A DNA stretch of 64,000 nucleotides from an uncultured Verrucomicrobiae bacterium (GCA_963772365.1 CAVYXA010000001.1:1088001-1152000), one strand, 5' to 3'. Positions 28,184 through 39,940 are shown, counted from the first letter of the stretch. The notes: generated by a model not told the origin, from the sequence alone. A program made the numbers and translations.

Positions 28184-28924
28184 ATGAACCTCTCATCAAA
28201 ATCAACCCAATCACTGTTCTTCATCGCTGCTGTCAACCTCTTCCTTCCGCTTTCCCTCTCAGCTACTCCTATCAGTTGGAGCGCGCCGCACAACATCACC
28301 GGAAATTCCGACGTGAATACCACCGGCAACGCCGTTCAGGCAGTGAATGTTAGTGGCCCGAGCACCACAGTAAATGGCGTGACTTTTGAGGATTTCATGA
28401 TAACCGGCGGAACTGTGACTTCAGGCCACTTCAGCCTGGCTGGCAATAATGGAGGGTTCGCTGGTTATGGCAGCGCGAACGCCCCTTTTGCAAACTTATC
28501 AGCCGAATATCAAACTCTCCTCAGCACCGGAAACTATGGGAGTGGTAACTCAACGATGACCCTCACGATCAGCGGTCTGACGCTGGGAGACACATATCAG
28601 CTTCAAGTCTGGATTAACGATTCGCGTGGGGCTTACGGGATGCAACCCGTTACGGCGACAGATGGAGTATTCAGTGTCACGCTGCTGGGTGACACAACCG
28701 GCCTTGAGGGTGGTACTGGGCAATACGCGCTACTCAGTTTCGTTGCCACCGGCGATGAGACAATCACGTTTCAAGGAGCTCCCGGTTCCGGCACAACCGA
28801 GGAGGCTTTCCAGCTGCGTGACATCACCGGCGCCCCGTCCGTTCCTGAGAGCGGCATGACCGTATCACTCCTCGGCATCTCACTCGCTAGCATCGGCTTT
28901 CTTCGCCGGAAACTGAGTTCGTAA
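28184..28924 (+). CDS. VPDSG/PEP-CTERM sorting-domain surface protein
   Basis: Signal peptide, Gly/Thr/Ser-rich body, C-terminal VPESG-TM-RRKL. Confidence 0.9.
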   Translation: MNLSSKSTQSLFFIAAVNLFLPLSLSATPISWSAPHNITGNSDVNTTGNAVQAVNVSGPSTTVNGVTFEDFMITGGTVTSGHFSLAGNNGGFAGYGSANAPFANLSAEYQTLLSTGNYGSGNSTMTLTISGLTLGDTYQLQVWINDSRGAYGMQPVTATDGVFSVTLLGDTTGLEGGTGQYALLSFVATGDETITFQGAPGSGTTEEAFQLRDITGAPSVPESGMTVSLLGISLASIGFLRRKLSS

Positions 28925-29071
28925 GGGCCGAAGATTCTTTCAGTAATATCGCGACTCAAGTTTCGCGGGTGTTTCGCCAGATAGGGTGACGCCGCTGTTA
29001 CCTTTGCGAGCCGCGGAAGTTTGGCGGCAAAAGGAGGCAAGCGGGAGTGGCGCGACTTCTTGAGCGCTCGA

Positions 29072-29482
29072 TTATCCGTGATGACGGCGGCGTTTGACGT
29101 GCAATTGAGCAAGAGCTTTTTGCAGTGAGGCCTGGATGGCGGCAACTTCTTCCTTGCCCAAATCTTCCTTCATGGCGGCTTTCGCGCGCTCGACCGCTGC
29201 CTCCGCTGCGGCGACGTCGATCTTCTCCGCTTCTAAGGCCATATCGGTGAGGACGGAGACGGCGTCGGCTTTGATTTCAACGAAGCCTTCTCCGACAGCC
29301 ATGGATGTTTCGCGTCCATTTTTCAAAACGCGCAATTCACCGGGCTTTAGTGTGGTCAGCAGCGGTACGTGCTTTGCATAAACACCGAGCTCACCTTCCG
29401 CGCCAGGCAACGTCACCATGTCCACATCTTCGGAGTAGATCTTCTCCTCCGGTGTCACGATCTCGAGCTTGAGGGTTGCCAT
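29072..29482 (-). CDS. atpC: ATP synthase F1 epsilon subunit
   Basis: LEIVTPE, GELGV...H.PL.T.L.PG and GF.EI motifs. Confidence 0.96.
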   Translation of the reverse strand: MATLKLEIVTPEEKIYSEDVDMVTLPGAEGELGVYAKHVPLLTTLKPGELRVLKNGRETSMAVGEGFVEIKADAVSVLTDMALEAEKIDVAAAEAAVERAKAAMKEDLGKEEVAAIQASLQKALAQLHVKRRRHHG

Positions 29483-29498
29483 CTTATACAGCCTCTAC

Positions 29499-29589
29499 TG
29501 TCATGTTGAGTGAAGCGAAAGATCTCTCGCCGTTGCTTCGAGCGAGGCTTGGAAATGATGTGAGATTCTTCGCTCTGCTCAGAATGACA
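29499..29589. repeat. GTCA-type REP-like doublet between atpD and atpC
   Basis: TGTCATGTTGAGTGAAGCGAAAGATCTC...GAGATTCTTCGCTCTGCTCAGAATGACA. Confidence 0.85.
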
Positions 29590-29652
29590 TTCTTAGTATG
29601 GCTTCTGGTCATTTACTTTTTCCCCGCTTCAACGCTTCAACGTCTCAACCCC

Positions 29653-31216
<1,564 letters not shown>

Positions 31217-31251
31217 GACCATTCGTATCATCAGGTTTTGCGACGCCATGA

Positions 31252-32124
31252 TTACCCGCCGAGCGCCATTTGCGCAGTAGCAATTTCGAGCAGCTCCGTC
31301 GTAATACTGGCCTGCCGCATCTTGTTGTATTCGAGGGTCAAATCCTTGATGAACTGATGCGCATTATCGGTCGCGTTTTTCATCGCGACCATCCTGGCGC
31401 TGTGCTCGGATGCGCGCGCGTCCAGGATCATCTGGAAAACCTGATACTGGATGTAATACGGCAGCATGGCATCGAGAACGGTCTCCGCGTTCGGTTCAAA
31501 AATGTAACCCACAAGAGGATCGATATCTTCCTGGGCCGAGTCGTCGTGTTTCTTCGGCAGATCGAACGCGCTGATTGGCAACAAGGTTTGAACAACCGGC
31601 CGCTGATTGACGGTGTTGATGAAATGCGTGTGCACCACAGAAACTTTGTCCACTTCGTGAGCAAGGAATTTTTCGATGCAGAACTTCGAAATCGCCTTAG
31701 TCTCGACGAAGCTCGGCGAATCTTTCAGCTCAAAATCGGCAAGAAACTCGCGCCTGGTTCGCGCGATGAACTGCCGTGCTTTTTTTCCCGTCACGACGAA
31801 TACCGTCTTGTTGACGTCGAAAGCTGAAGCTTCACGAAGCAGGTTTGTGTTCAGCGCGCCCGCCAAACCTTTGTCAGTGCTAATTACCAGCACCAGCTCT
31901 TTTTTGACCTCGCGGATATCCAAGAGCGGATGGAGCCGCGGATCAGTTCGTTTCTGAAGTGAGACGAGGACTCTATTCATCAACGCGGCATAGGGTCGGC
32001 CCGCCAATGCATGTTGCTGAGCGCGGCGCATCTTCGACGCCGCAACCATCTGCATCGCTTTGGTTAACTGGCCAATATTGCGGATCGATTTGATCCGGCG
32101 CCGTATGTCCTGGGTATTAGCCAT
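31252..32124 (-). CDS. atpG: ATP synthase F1 gamma subunit
   Basis: IRRRIKSI.N..Q.TKAM.MVAASK, DKGLAG and YNKMRQASITTELLEI. Confidence 0.98.
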   Translation of the reverse strand: MANTQDIRRRIKSIRNIGQLTKAMQMVAASKMRRAQQHALAGRPYAALMNRVLVSLQKRTDPRLHPLLDIREVKKELVLVISTDKGLAGALNTNLLREASAFDVNKTVFVVTGKKARQFIARTRREFLADFELKDSPSFVETKAISKFCIEKFLAHEVDKVSVVHTHFINTVNQRPVVQTLLPISAFDLPKKHDDSAQEDIDPLVGYIFEPNAETVLDAMLPYYIQYQVFQMILDARASEHSARMVAMKNATDNAHQFIKDLTLEYNKMRQASITTELLEIATAQMALGG

Positions 32125-32710
32125 GGGGAGATTTTCGATTCGATCTTGTGCGATAATGCCCTTCGCTTTCGCGAACATGAAATCCGATCTCGCGTTTCTT
32201 TGGCGCCTCGGGCGATTCGAGCAATCGCTTCAACGCAGCGAAAAGATCGACAATCGTTTCGTCGTGAGAATCGAGACGGCGTTCCAACTCCTCGAGTTTC
32301 GTGGCGAGTTGCGCATTTGCCGCGACCATTTCTCGAAGGCAGACAAATGCCCTGACCACCCGCACGCTTGCTTGCACGGCGATATCGCTATTCAAGATGC
32401 TCGCCAGCATTAATGCGCCGTGCTCGGTGAAAACCCAGGGAAGATGGCGGCGTCCGCCGTGCGAACTTGAGGTCGCAAATTGCGACCTCAAGCTGGCAAG
32501 CTCTTCGGCCGTAAGCTGAAATGCGAAGTCATCTGGGAATCGAGACAGATTTCTCTTTAGCTGTTCATTGAGACGTTTGGTCGTAGTCACCCCATAAATC
32601 ATCGCCAGATCCGAGTCGAGCATGACTCGCTGGCAGCGGATCAAATGGATCGTGCTTTCGATTCTAGCCACTCTGCGTTTCGCAGGCATCGATGGTTCCA
32701 ACAAAATCAT
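32117..32710 (-). CDS. ORF6N (KilA-N-like) DNA-binding domain protein inside the atp operon
   Basis: [17 protein letters not shown]...RLNEQ.KRN..RFP.DFAFQLT, P.VFTEHG..ML..IL.S and C-terminal R.IGF. Confidence 0.9.
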   Translation of the reverse strand: MILLEPSMPAKRRVARIESTIHLIRCQRVMLDSDLAMIYGVTTTKRLNEQLKRNLSRFPDDFAFQLTAEELASLRSQFATSSSHGGRRHLPWVFTEHGALMLASILNSDIAVQASVRVVRAFVCLREMVAANAQLATKLEELERRLDSHDETIVDLFAALKRLLESPEAPKKREIGFHVRESEGHYRTRSNRKSPHG

Positions 32711-34239
32711 CGCCAGGTCGCCTTGAATTCTTCCAACGCGCTCTCCAGTTGCGCTTCGAGTTCTTTGTCGAGCTGTTTTCTTTCCCGGATGGTCTGGAGC
32801 AATCCTTCCTTCCGAGTTTGCAAGTAATCCTGGAGCTTGAGTTGAAATTCTTTCACCCGATCGACCGGAACCGAATCGATGTAGCCATTTTGCATCGCCC
32901 ACATCACGGCGACCTGCTCCTCGACCGGGATTGGGTTATATTGAATCTGTTTGAAAAGCTCGACAATACGTTGACCGCGATCGAGGCGCGCCTTCGTTGC
33001 AGCATCGAGATCGGATCCGAATTGAGCAAACGCAGCCAGTTCGCGGAACTGCGCGAGATCGAGTTTCACTTTGCCAGCCACCTGTTTAATGGCCTTGATC
33101 TGCGCGGCCGAACCGACTCGACTAACAGATAGACCCACGGAAATCGCCGGACGAACGCCTTGATAAAACAGATCGGTCTCGAGATAAATCTGACCATCGG
33201 TAATTGAGATCACGTTCGTTGGGATGTAAGCCGAAACATCGCCTGCCTGTGTTTCAATGATCGGCAACGCAGTCAGCGAACCGCCGCCGTATTCATCCGA
33301 AACGCGCGCCGCGCGTTCGAGTAACCGCGAATGCAGATAAAACACGTCGCCCGGATAAGCTTCGCGTCCCGACGGTCGTTTCAGCACGAGCGAAACCTGC
33401 CGATACGCCACCGCGTGCTTCGAGAAATCATCGTAAATGATCAGCGCGTCCATGCCGTTATCCATGAACCATTCGCCCATGGCTGCGCCAGCAAACGGCG
33501 CAAGATATTGGTTCGTAGCTGAATCGGAAGCCGGCGCCGAAATGATGGTCGTGTAAGGCATTGCGCCTTCGCGTTCGAGAACGGCGAGCGTGCGCGCGAT
33601 ATTGGAATTTTTCTGGCCGACACCGACGTAGATGCAATAGAGCGGCCGATAATTTTTGTCGCCTGCCTCTTCCGCCGCTTTGTTTAGACGCGCCTGGCTG
33701 ATGATTGTGTCGATTGCAATCGTGGTTTTCCCGGTCGCGCGATCGCCGATAATCAGCTCGCGCTGGCCGCGTCCGATCGGAATCATCGCGTCGATCGCCA
33801 TGATACCGGTCTGCACTGGCTGGCTCACGCTGCGGCGCTTAATCACGCCAGGAGCAATTTTTTCCACCGGATAAAATGTCTCGCTTTTAATTGGTCCTTT
33901 CCCATCCAACGGCTCACCAATTGTGTTAACGACTCGTCCGAGCAACGCTTTGCCGACTGGGACTTGCAGAAGGCGACCGGTGGTTTTGACCTCGTCGCCT
34001 TCGCTAATTTTGGTCGCATCACCCAGCAAAATCGCGCCGACTTCAGTTTCTTCGAGATTCAAGGCGAGCCCGAAAACGCCGTTCGGAAACTCGATCATTT
34101 CATTCAGCATCACGTCGCTCAGTCCTTCGATGCGGGCGACGCCATCTCCGGTCTCGCGCACGACACCGACGTTGCTTTTGGTTGTCGATGTTTTCAGGCC
34201 AGCGATTTTTGTTTCGATTTCTTCAAGTATGGTGCTCAT
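32707..34239 (-). CDS. atpA: ATP synthase F1 alpha subunit
   Basis: [17 protein letters not shown] and [19 protein letters not shown]. Confidence 0.99.
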   Translation of the reverse strand: MSTILEEIETKIAGLKTSTTKSNVGVVRETGDGVARIEGLSDVMLNEMIEFPNGVFGLALNLEETEVGAILLGDATKISEGDEVKTTGRLLQVPVGKALLGRVVNTIGEPLDGKGPIKSETFYPVEKIAPGVIKRRSVSQPVQTGIMAIDAMIPIGRGQRELIIGDRATGKTTIAIDTIISQARLNKAAEEAGDKNYRPLYCIYVGVGQKNSNIARTLAVLEREGAMPYTTIISAPASDSATNQYLAPFAGAAMGEWFMDNGMDALIIYDDFSKHAVAYRQVSLVLKRPSGREAYPGDVFYLHSRLLERAARVSDEYGGGSLTALPIIETQAGDVSAYIPTNVISITDGQIYLETDLFYQGVRPAISVGLSVSRVGSAAQIKAIKQVAGKVKLDLAQFRELAAFAQFGSDLDAATKARLDRGQRIVELFKQIQYNPIPVEEQVAVMWAMQNGYIDSVPVDRVKEFQLKLQDYLQTRKEGLLQTIRERKQLDKELEAQLESALEEFKATWR

Positions 34240-34254
34240 AAATTTTTCCAGGCA

Positions 34255-34347
34255 GTCATTCTGAGCAAAGCGAAGAATCTCAAATCATTTCCCCCAAAAC
34301 CCCTGCGAGAAAAAAGTTTGAGATGTTTCGCTTCGCTCAACATGACA
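34255..34347. repeat. GTCA-type REP-like doublet between atpH and atpA
   Basis: GTCATTCTGAGCAAAGCGAAGAATCTC...GAGATGTTTCGCTTCGCTCAACATGACA. Confidence 0.85.
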
Positions 34348-34365
34348 AGATAATTAGCTGATTCG

Positions 34366-34758
34366 TTAAAGTAGTTGTTGCAGTCGTTCCAAACGATTCC
34401 GGACACTGCCATCCCAAACGTCGCTCCCGACGCGAATTCGCATTCCTCCCAAAAGCGCTGGATCGACAACGAATTCGGCGCTCAGATCATCGCCATATTT
34501 CTCTTTCAATTGCTTAGTGATCTTCGCGGAGATTTCCGCGCTCAATTCGCTTGCGCTCTCGATTTTTGCCCGTCGTTTTTCGATTTCGATTCGAAGCAGG
34601 CGCCGGTAATTTTTGAGAACATGGACATAATTGCGCGGTTTTTTTGCGATCAGCGAATCGATCAGAGCTGTAACCTTGCCGTGATCGAGCTGGCCATCGG
34701 TAAAGCTTGCGCGCAACATTTCCCGGGAAAGCCGGCGGATTTCCTTGTTGATCTTCAT
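34366..34758 (-). CDS. atpH: ATP synthase delta subunit (short form)
   Basis: VDPALLGG.RIRVG..V.DGSV..RL motif; operon position. Confidence 0.92.
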   Translation of the reverse strand: MKINKEIRRLSREMLRASFTDGQLDHGKVTALIDSLIAKKPRNYVHVLKNYRRLLRIEIEKRRAKIESASELSAEISAKITKQLKEKYGDDLSAEFVVDPALLGGMRIRVGSDVWDGSVRNRLERLQQLL

Positions 34759-35300
34759 CAGGCCAGTTGGCGAGCAGCTTCCTCTTGCAGGCGACGCTGG
34801 TCCTCGGTAGTCAGGACTTTGCCGGTAACTTTGGCGGTAGTATCGACAACCAGACGGCCCAGCTCGCGTTTCAATGATTCCATTGTGCGCTCGTGTTCCA
34901 TCACGCTGGCTTCGCGCGCCTTGGCTAGAATTTGTTCGGCCGCCGCGATTGCTTCCTGTTGCTTGCGCTCCGCAAGGTGCGATGCACTCGCGCGCGCCTC
35001 GTCGATCATCTTCTGGCCCTCGGCGTTCGCTTTCGCCAGGATATCGGAGTATCGCTGCTCCGCTTCGGCTAATTGTTGTTTGATCTTCTCGGCGTTGATC
35101 TGGCCCTCTTCGATCTTGCGTCGCCGCTCTTCCAGTACAGCCAGGATCGGCTTGTAGGCAAAGCGGCGCAGCAGGAAAGCAACGATGGCGAAGCTGATGA
35201 CCTGCGAGAAAAACATCTGCGGAGTCCAGCCGAATGCGTCAGCTGTTTGCTGCACCGTGTCGGTAAACGTTGGAGCCGCTGCCAGTATTATTGCGTTCAT
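34758..35300 (-). CDS. atpF: ATP synthase Fo b subunit
   Basis: Q.I.F......L..FAYKPI..VLEER followed by a coiled coil. Confidence 0.95.
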   Translation of the reverse strand: MNAIILAAAPTFTDTVQQTADAFGWTPQMFFSQVISFAIVAFLLRRFAYKPILAVLEERRRKIEEGQINAEKIKQQLAEAEQRYSDILAKANAEGQKMIDEARASASHLAERKQQEAIAAAEQILAKAREASVMEHERTMESLKRELGRLVVDTTAKVTGKVLTTEDQRRLQEEAARQLA

Positions 35301-35348
35301 GGGTTCGAGTTCCCGTCGGATTGGTCTTGGCTCGACGGCGATCGAGAA

Positions 35349-35564
35349 TCAGTGCCCGAGAAGGAACAGTGCGTAGAACACAATCGCTTCCGTCAAAGCG
35401 ATTGCCAGAATTCCGTGAACGATTACTGGCGTAAACGCGCCTGGGTTGCGACCAACCGCGGTCGTCATTCCCAGACCCGTGAGACCAATGCCGATGCCGA
35501 CGCCCATGGCGGCGAGACCGACGTGAATGCTTCCAGTCATTTCTGCGAGTAGTGGTAGTATCAT
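35349..35564 (-). CDS. atpE: ATP synthase Fo c subunit
   Basis: GxGxGxG motif, GRNP loop and carboxylate in ALTEA. Confidence 0.95.
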   Translation of the reverse strand: MILPLLAEMTGSIHVGLAAMGVGIGIGLTGLGMTTAVGRNPGAFTPVIVHGILAIALTEAIVFYALFLLGH

Positions 35565-35616
35565 ATCTTTTCGTTTGGTTGCTTTGGCGAACTCGTTGGG
35601 AGATCGCCGAAATTAA

Positions 35617-36537
35617 TTATGTATGAGCGTGCTCCGGTCCCGGCCCATGCTGCGCAATCAGAAGAGTGAACACGGCGCATAAAAGCATGAACACCAGCGC
35701 CTGAACAAAGCCCACCAACACTTCCAAAAAATAAAATGGGATCGGGATCAGCCAGGCCAAGGCCGGCATCATTGTCGATAACGTCTCGAGCATGCTTTCG
35801 CCGGCGTAAATGTTTCCGAACAACCGAAAGCTCAGCGCAATCGGCCGGAACAGAATCGATACGATTTCAAGCCAGCCGACCGCAAAGAAGATGAACAGCA
35901 TCAGGATTTTTAAAATCCCGGTGGTCTCTCCCTTCGGCGCAAAGAGATGTTTTAGAAATCCTCCCATGCCTTGAGCTTTAAGTGCCCATATGAACCAGAG
36001 CACAAAGAAAATAGCCGACATGGCTGTGGTCATGTTCAGATCGGCGTTACCGCCGCGCAGCAAAGGGCGATCGATGTGAAAAATTCCGGTGACAGGATTG
36101 CGATGACCCCAGCCGATTGTGCCAACGCCGGGAACCAGCCCAAACCAGTTTACGAACAGAATGAATATGAAAATCGTCGCGAAAAACCAAAACGTCTTGC
36201 CCACCAGATCGCGTCCAACAATTCCTTCGAGAAAATTGTAAAGACTTTCCACCAGCCATTCCCAAAAATTCTGAATCCCGCTCGGGATCGACTTGATGTT
36301 GCGCGTGGCGAGTTGAGCAAAAACAATGATCCCAGCGGCTACAACCCAGGTGACCAACATTGAATTGGTGATCGCAAACCCGCCAATCTGAAACAACGGC
36401 GCCGGTTTTAATGGAACGCCTTCATGTTCCTCGATCGGAGCGGGATTCGCCGGCTCGGCCGCTAATGACGATGACGCGAAAAGGCACCCGCAGCAGAGGG
36501 CGAAGATCGACAATAAAACTAAATAACGGTAGCGCAT
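35617..36537 (-). CDS. atpB: ATP synthase Fo a subunit
   Basis: ITNSM, P.G.QN, NW.GL.PG, RP..LSFRLFGNIYAGE and Q..VF motifs. Confidence 0.97.
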   Translation of the reverse strand: MRYRYLVLLSIFALCCGCLFASSSLAAEPANPAPIEEHEGVPLKPAPLFQIGGFAITNSMLVTWVVAAGIIVFAQLATRNIKSIPSGIQNFWEWLVESLYNFLEGIVGRDLVGKTFWFFATIFIFILFVNWFGLVPGVGTIGWGHRNPVTGIFHIDRPLLRGGNADLNMTTAMSAIFFVLWFIWALKAQGMGGFLKHLFAPKGETTGILKILMLFIFFAVGWLEIVSILFRPIALSFRLFGNIYAGESMLETLSTMMPALAWLIPIPFYFLEVLVGFVQALVFMLLCAVFTLLIAQHGPGPEHAHT

Positions 36538-36673
36538 TCTGAAGCAGCTGTGGCCGGCATCGGTGATACTGGCTGGTGGGAGTCACCGCGACCAATGGAG
36601 GTCACAATTGACGCGCCATATCAAAGCCTGTTTTGCGCGGATGACAAGCGCGTTTCCTAAAATTTTCGCGGCC

Positions 36674-36936
36674 TTAATGACCCGCCGGAAACGTCACCAG
36701 ATCGTGAATCTGCCCCTCAATCCTACTTGCTGCGAACTGCCGATTGTTTGCTTCGATCCGCATCGGCAAACCAAAGCGAGGAACCCATCGTAACCCGAAT
36801 GGCCCGATCCACGCGGGTCCCCGGGGAGAATGGTAAAACGGAATCGCTGCAACATCATTGCCAGAGAAATCCGGAGCATTTGCATCGCAAACATCGCGCC
36901 GAGGCACGCCCGCGGTCCGGCGCTAAAGGGAAGGAA
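36674..36936 (-). pseudogene. Cytochrome P450 C-terminal remnant
   Basis: Manual translation FLPFSAGPRACLGAMFAMQMLRISLAMMLQRFRF (FxxGxRxCxG heme signature); no N-terminal part; two apparent +1 frameshifts. Confidence 0.8.
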
Positions 36937-36942
36937 TCGTGA

Positions 36943-38169
36943 TTAATGCCGCGCGGCTACCGGGACACCAATCTGAGCAATCGGCATCATTTCCTCAGCC
37001 TCTACCGCTTCGCGATTTGACCGCATGGCGATTGCTTCCTCGTAGAAGCATTCGAGCAAATTAATTTGCGCGCGTTGCTCAAACTGATTGATTACGGCCT
37101 TCCGCGCTCGAATCCCCATTTCATTTAAGTCATGGGGCGAACGAGCCAGTCGTTGCATTGCGCTGGCCAATCCGGCGTGATCTTCTTCCGGCACCAGCCA
37201 ACCGGTTTTACCATGTTCGACTGCTTCCGGAATGCCGCCGTGATGCGTGCTCATCACCGGCATGCCAGTGGCCATTGCTTCCAACATCGAATTGGGGACG
37301 CCTTCCTGATTCTGATCCGGGGGCGTTTCGCTCGGATGCAAAAACATGTGGGCGCTGGCGAAAAGTTGGTTCAGCTTCGGTTGAGACAGGAAGCCAACAA
37401 AGTGCACATCCCGTGAAATCCCCAACCCGGCAGCAAGCATTTCGAGTTCTGGTTGAAGTGGTCCCTTGCCCGCAATGTAGAACTCGGAATGCGGATTATC
37501 TTTCTTAAAGATTGCAAACGCGCGCAGACTCGTGGCCACTCCCTTTTTCGGTATCAGGCGGCATGCCTGGACGACTCTCCAGCGTCCGTTCTGCGGCGCC
37601 TGTCGAGTCACCAGCGGGAAATCATCCAAGGGCACGCCCGTCCGATTGATTCGCAGCTTTTCCGGCGAGCAGCCGAATTGTATCAGCCGATCGGCCAGAG
37701 ATTGGGACCGGGCCAGCACCAGCGGAACGGCGTTAAACAAACGGCGCAACTTCTCCGGATAATTCGGAATCTCCGGCTTGCGGGCAACATCGGCACCGTG
37801 AAAAGAGACGACGCATGGCTTATTCCATTGTTCGATAAACGGAAGCAAATGCACACCCGTATGCCCGAAATAGATGTGCATGAGATCGCTCCCGCGCCGT
37901 TCCAGCAGTGATGATAAGTTTTGATACTCACCCCGATAGACAACGGGCGGCTTCCGCTTCACAAACTTCAGCCAGCCATGATGCAAAAGATTCAATTGCC
38001 GTTTGGGAATAACCTCGATATCGGCGAAGGGGAACCGTTCCGAGTTCTGCACTTCCTTGGTCATGACGAACGTATCCACTCCGCGCAGCGCAGTGATCTG
38101 CCGATAAATGTGTAACATCTCCGGCTTCAGAAAGCTGGAGCAATAGCTCGCAACGACCCGTTTCCCCAT
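36943..38169 (-). CDS. Glycosyltransferase family 4 (WcaL-like)
   Basis: HIYFG, SFHGAD, RLIPKKG, EGVPNSMLEAMATG and HGGIPE motifs. Confidence 0.92.
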   Translation of the reverse strand: MGKRVVASYCSSFLKPEMLHIYRQITALRGVDTFVMTKEVQNSERFPFADIEVIPKRQLNLLHHGWLKFVKRKPPVVYRGEYQNLSSLLERRGSDLMHIYFGHTGVHLLPFIEQWNKPCVVSFHGADVARKPEIPNYPEKLRRLFNAVPLVLARSQSLADRLIQFGCSPEKLRINRTGVPLDDFPLVTRQAPQNGRWRVVQACRLIPKKGVATSLRAFAIFKKDNPHSEFYIAGKGPLQPELEMLAAGLGISRDVHFVGFLSQPKLNQLFASAHMFLHPSETPPDQNQEGVPNSMLEAMATGMPVMSTHHGGIPEAVEHGKTGWLVPEEDHAGLASAMQRLARSPHDLNEMGIRARKAVINQFEQRAQINLLECFYEEAIAMRSNREAVEAEEMMPIAQIGVPVAARH

Positions 38170-38327
38170 AAAAAGCAACCCAGTTTTTTCCGAAGCCGCT
38201 GCCTTGTCCAGCGTTTTTTTTGCTAACAAATTTACGAGGGAGGGCTGGATTATTTTCGGTCAACCTTTCCCAAATATCAGGATCAAATAAATTTTTGGAT
38301 GAAATATCGAGTATATTGAAACTCAAA

Positions 38328-38837
38328 ATGCGCCTTCCTCGATTCGTGACCTATTGGATTCCTGTCGTCGGCTGGATCGTTCTGATGTACGTCGGGTCGA
38401 CCGAGATCTTATCTTCGTCACATACGTCAAGGTTTCTCTTTCCCTTTTTGCGCTGGCTCAATCCCAATTTTTCCATCATGACCTTGATAGAGATCCAGTT
38501 GGTCTTGCGAAAGATTGCGCATCTGACCGAGTACGCGATTCTGGCGAGTTTACTCTGGCGCGCCGTCCTGAGAGGAATGGACATGCCTATTCGAAAGTCG
38601 ATTTTGATACTCGCGATTCTGTTGCCGGCGGCAATTTTCGCCGTAAGCGACGAATTTCATCAATCGTTCATGCTGTCACGAACAGGATCACCGCGCGACG
38701 TCATGATCGACATCGTCGGGGCATGCATCGGCATTGCGATTTGTTGGGCTGTGAGTAAACGAAGGTCAACCGCTGCGTTTGCGAAAGGTGCAAATCCGAG
38801 CGAAGATCGACATCCCAAAATGGAGTCGGGGGCATAG
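38328..38837 (+). CDS. VanZ family membrane protein
   Basis: RK.AH.TEYAIL and DEFHQSF..SRTGS..DV.ID..G motifs. Confidence 0.9.
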   Translation: MRLPRFVTYWIPVVGWIVLMYVGSTEILSSSHTSRFLFPFLRWLNPNFSIMTLIEIQLVLRKIAHLTEYAILASLLWRAVLRGMDMPIRKSILILAILLPAAIFAVSDEFHQSFMLSRTGSPRDVMIDIVGACIGIAICWAVSKRRSTAAFAKGANPSEDRHPKMESGA

Positions 38838-38900
38838 CTCAGTTGGTAGAGCGCCAGCTTTGCAAGCTGGAAGTCAGGGGTTCGAATCCCCTTGCCTCCA
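38828..38900 (+). tRNA. tRNA-Ala(TGC); CCA not encoded
   Basis: Acceptor stem GGGGGCA/TGCCTCC with G3:U70, anticodon loop TTTGCAA, T-loop GTTCGAATC. Confidence 0.97.
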
Positions 38901-38920
38901 TTTTTCGCACGGCGAAAAAT

Positions 38921-38948
38921 GTCCCGCCGTAGCCTTGGCGAAGGCGGA
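38921..38948. repeat. REP-like palindrome GCCGTAGCCTTGGCGAAGGCGG
   Basis: GTAG followed by an imperfect hairpin; degenerate copy inside dnaE at 12969-12995. Confidence 0.7.
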
Positions 38949-39094
38949 CCTTCCCGCCACCAAAGCAGTCACGGCTCATTTTCGATTTGCGATTTGCGAT
39001 TTGCGATCTAAGTAATTGCGCGCTAGGCGTGCCGCGAAATAAATCGAAAATCCGCGGTCGAAATTCGAAAATTAGGTGGCGCAGCCGCCATTGC

Positions 39095-39171
39095 GGGCCT
39101 GTAGCTCAGTTGGTTAGAGCATGCGCTTGATAAGCGCAGGGTCACTGGTTCGAGCCCAGTCAGGCCCACCA
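39095..39171 (+). tRNA. tRNA-Ile(GAT)
   Basis: GGGCCTG/CAGGCCC acceptor stem, TGCGC-TTGATAA-GCGCA anticodon arm, 3' ACCA. Confidence 0.97.
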
Positions 39172-39231
39172 TAATCATTGCGCGTTGACACAAGCGCCGC
39201 CGGATTGAACCGTCGGCCTGTCCGATCAGCC

Positions 39232-39940
39232 GTGCCACCGGGAATCCTTCTGCTCAGCACCTCAACCGTCTTCGGCGGGGAGTACTCTGGAATACGCCGA
39301 GACGGAACTGCGCGATTTTTTTGGAAAGGTACGGCACGTCCTATTCGTGCCGTTCGCATTGTACGACTGCAACGCCTACGCAGGGCGCGTCCGAAAAGCA
39401 TTTCGACAGATGGGATACGAACTCGACTCGCTGCATCAGGCAGCGGATCTCCCGCAGGCGATTCAAAGTGCCGAAGCAATCTTCATCGGCGGTGGCAACA
39501 CTTTCCGTCTCTTGAAAGCCCTTTACGATCGCAATTTGCTAGGCGCGATCCGGGAACGGGTTCATACCGGTACGCCTTATCTCGGCTCCAGCGCCGGCTC
39601 GAACGTGGCCGGCCCCACGATCAAGACCACCAACGATATGCCGATTGTCCAGCCGCCTTCGTTCGAAGCGCTTCAGCTGGTTCCATTTCAGATCAATCCC
39701 CATTACCTCGATCCCGACTCCAATTCAAAGCAAATGGGTGAAACGCGCGAAGAACGAATCGAGCAATTCCTGGAAGAAAACGCGACGCCTGTGATTGGGC
39801 TAAGGGAGGGAGCATGGCTGCGGATCGAGAATGGATCGTGTCTATTGAAAGGAACTGGCGGCGCTCGGCTTTTCCGCAAAAAAATTCCACCAATCGAGCT
39901 CGAGAATGGCTCGATCGATCGATTTTTGCCAATGGAGTAG
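39232..39940 (+). CDS. pepE: Dipeptidase E (peptidase S51); +1 frameshift near 39286
   Basis: GGGNTF.LL, GSSAGSNVAGPTIKTTNDMPI, INPHY and GETRE.RI; N-terminal LLLSTST..GG.Y lies in another frame. Confidence 0.9.

Noticed and set aside
35349..35564. Na+-translocating or N-type ATPase
   Set aside because: The c subunit has EA rather than E(S/T) and lacks the Na+ ligand pattern; gene order is standard F-type
38828..39171. tRNA-targeted integrative element
   Set aside because: No duplicated tRNA 3' end and no integrase seen in the window
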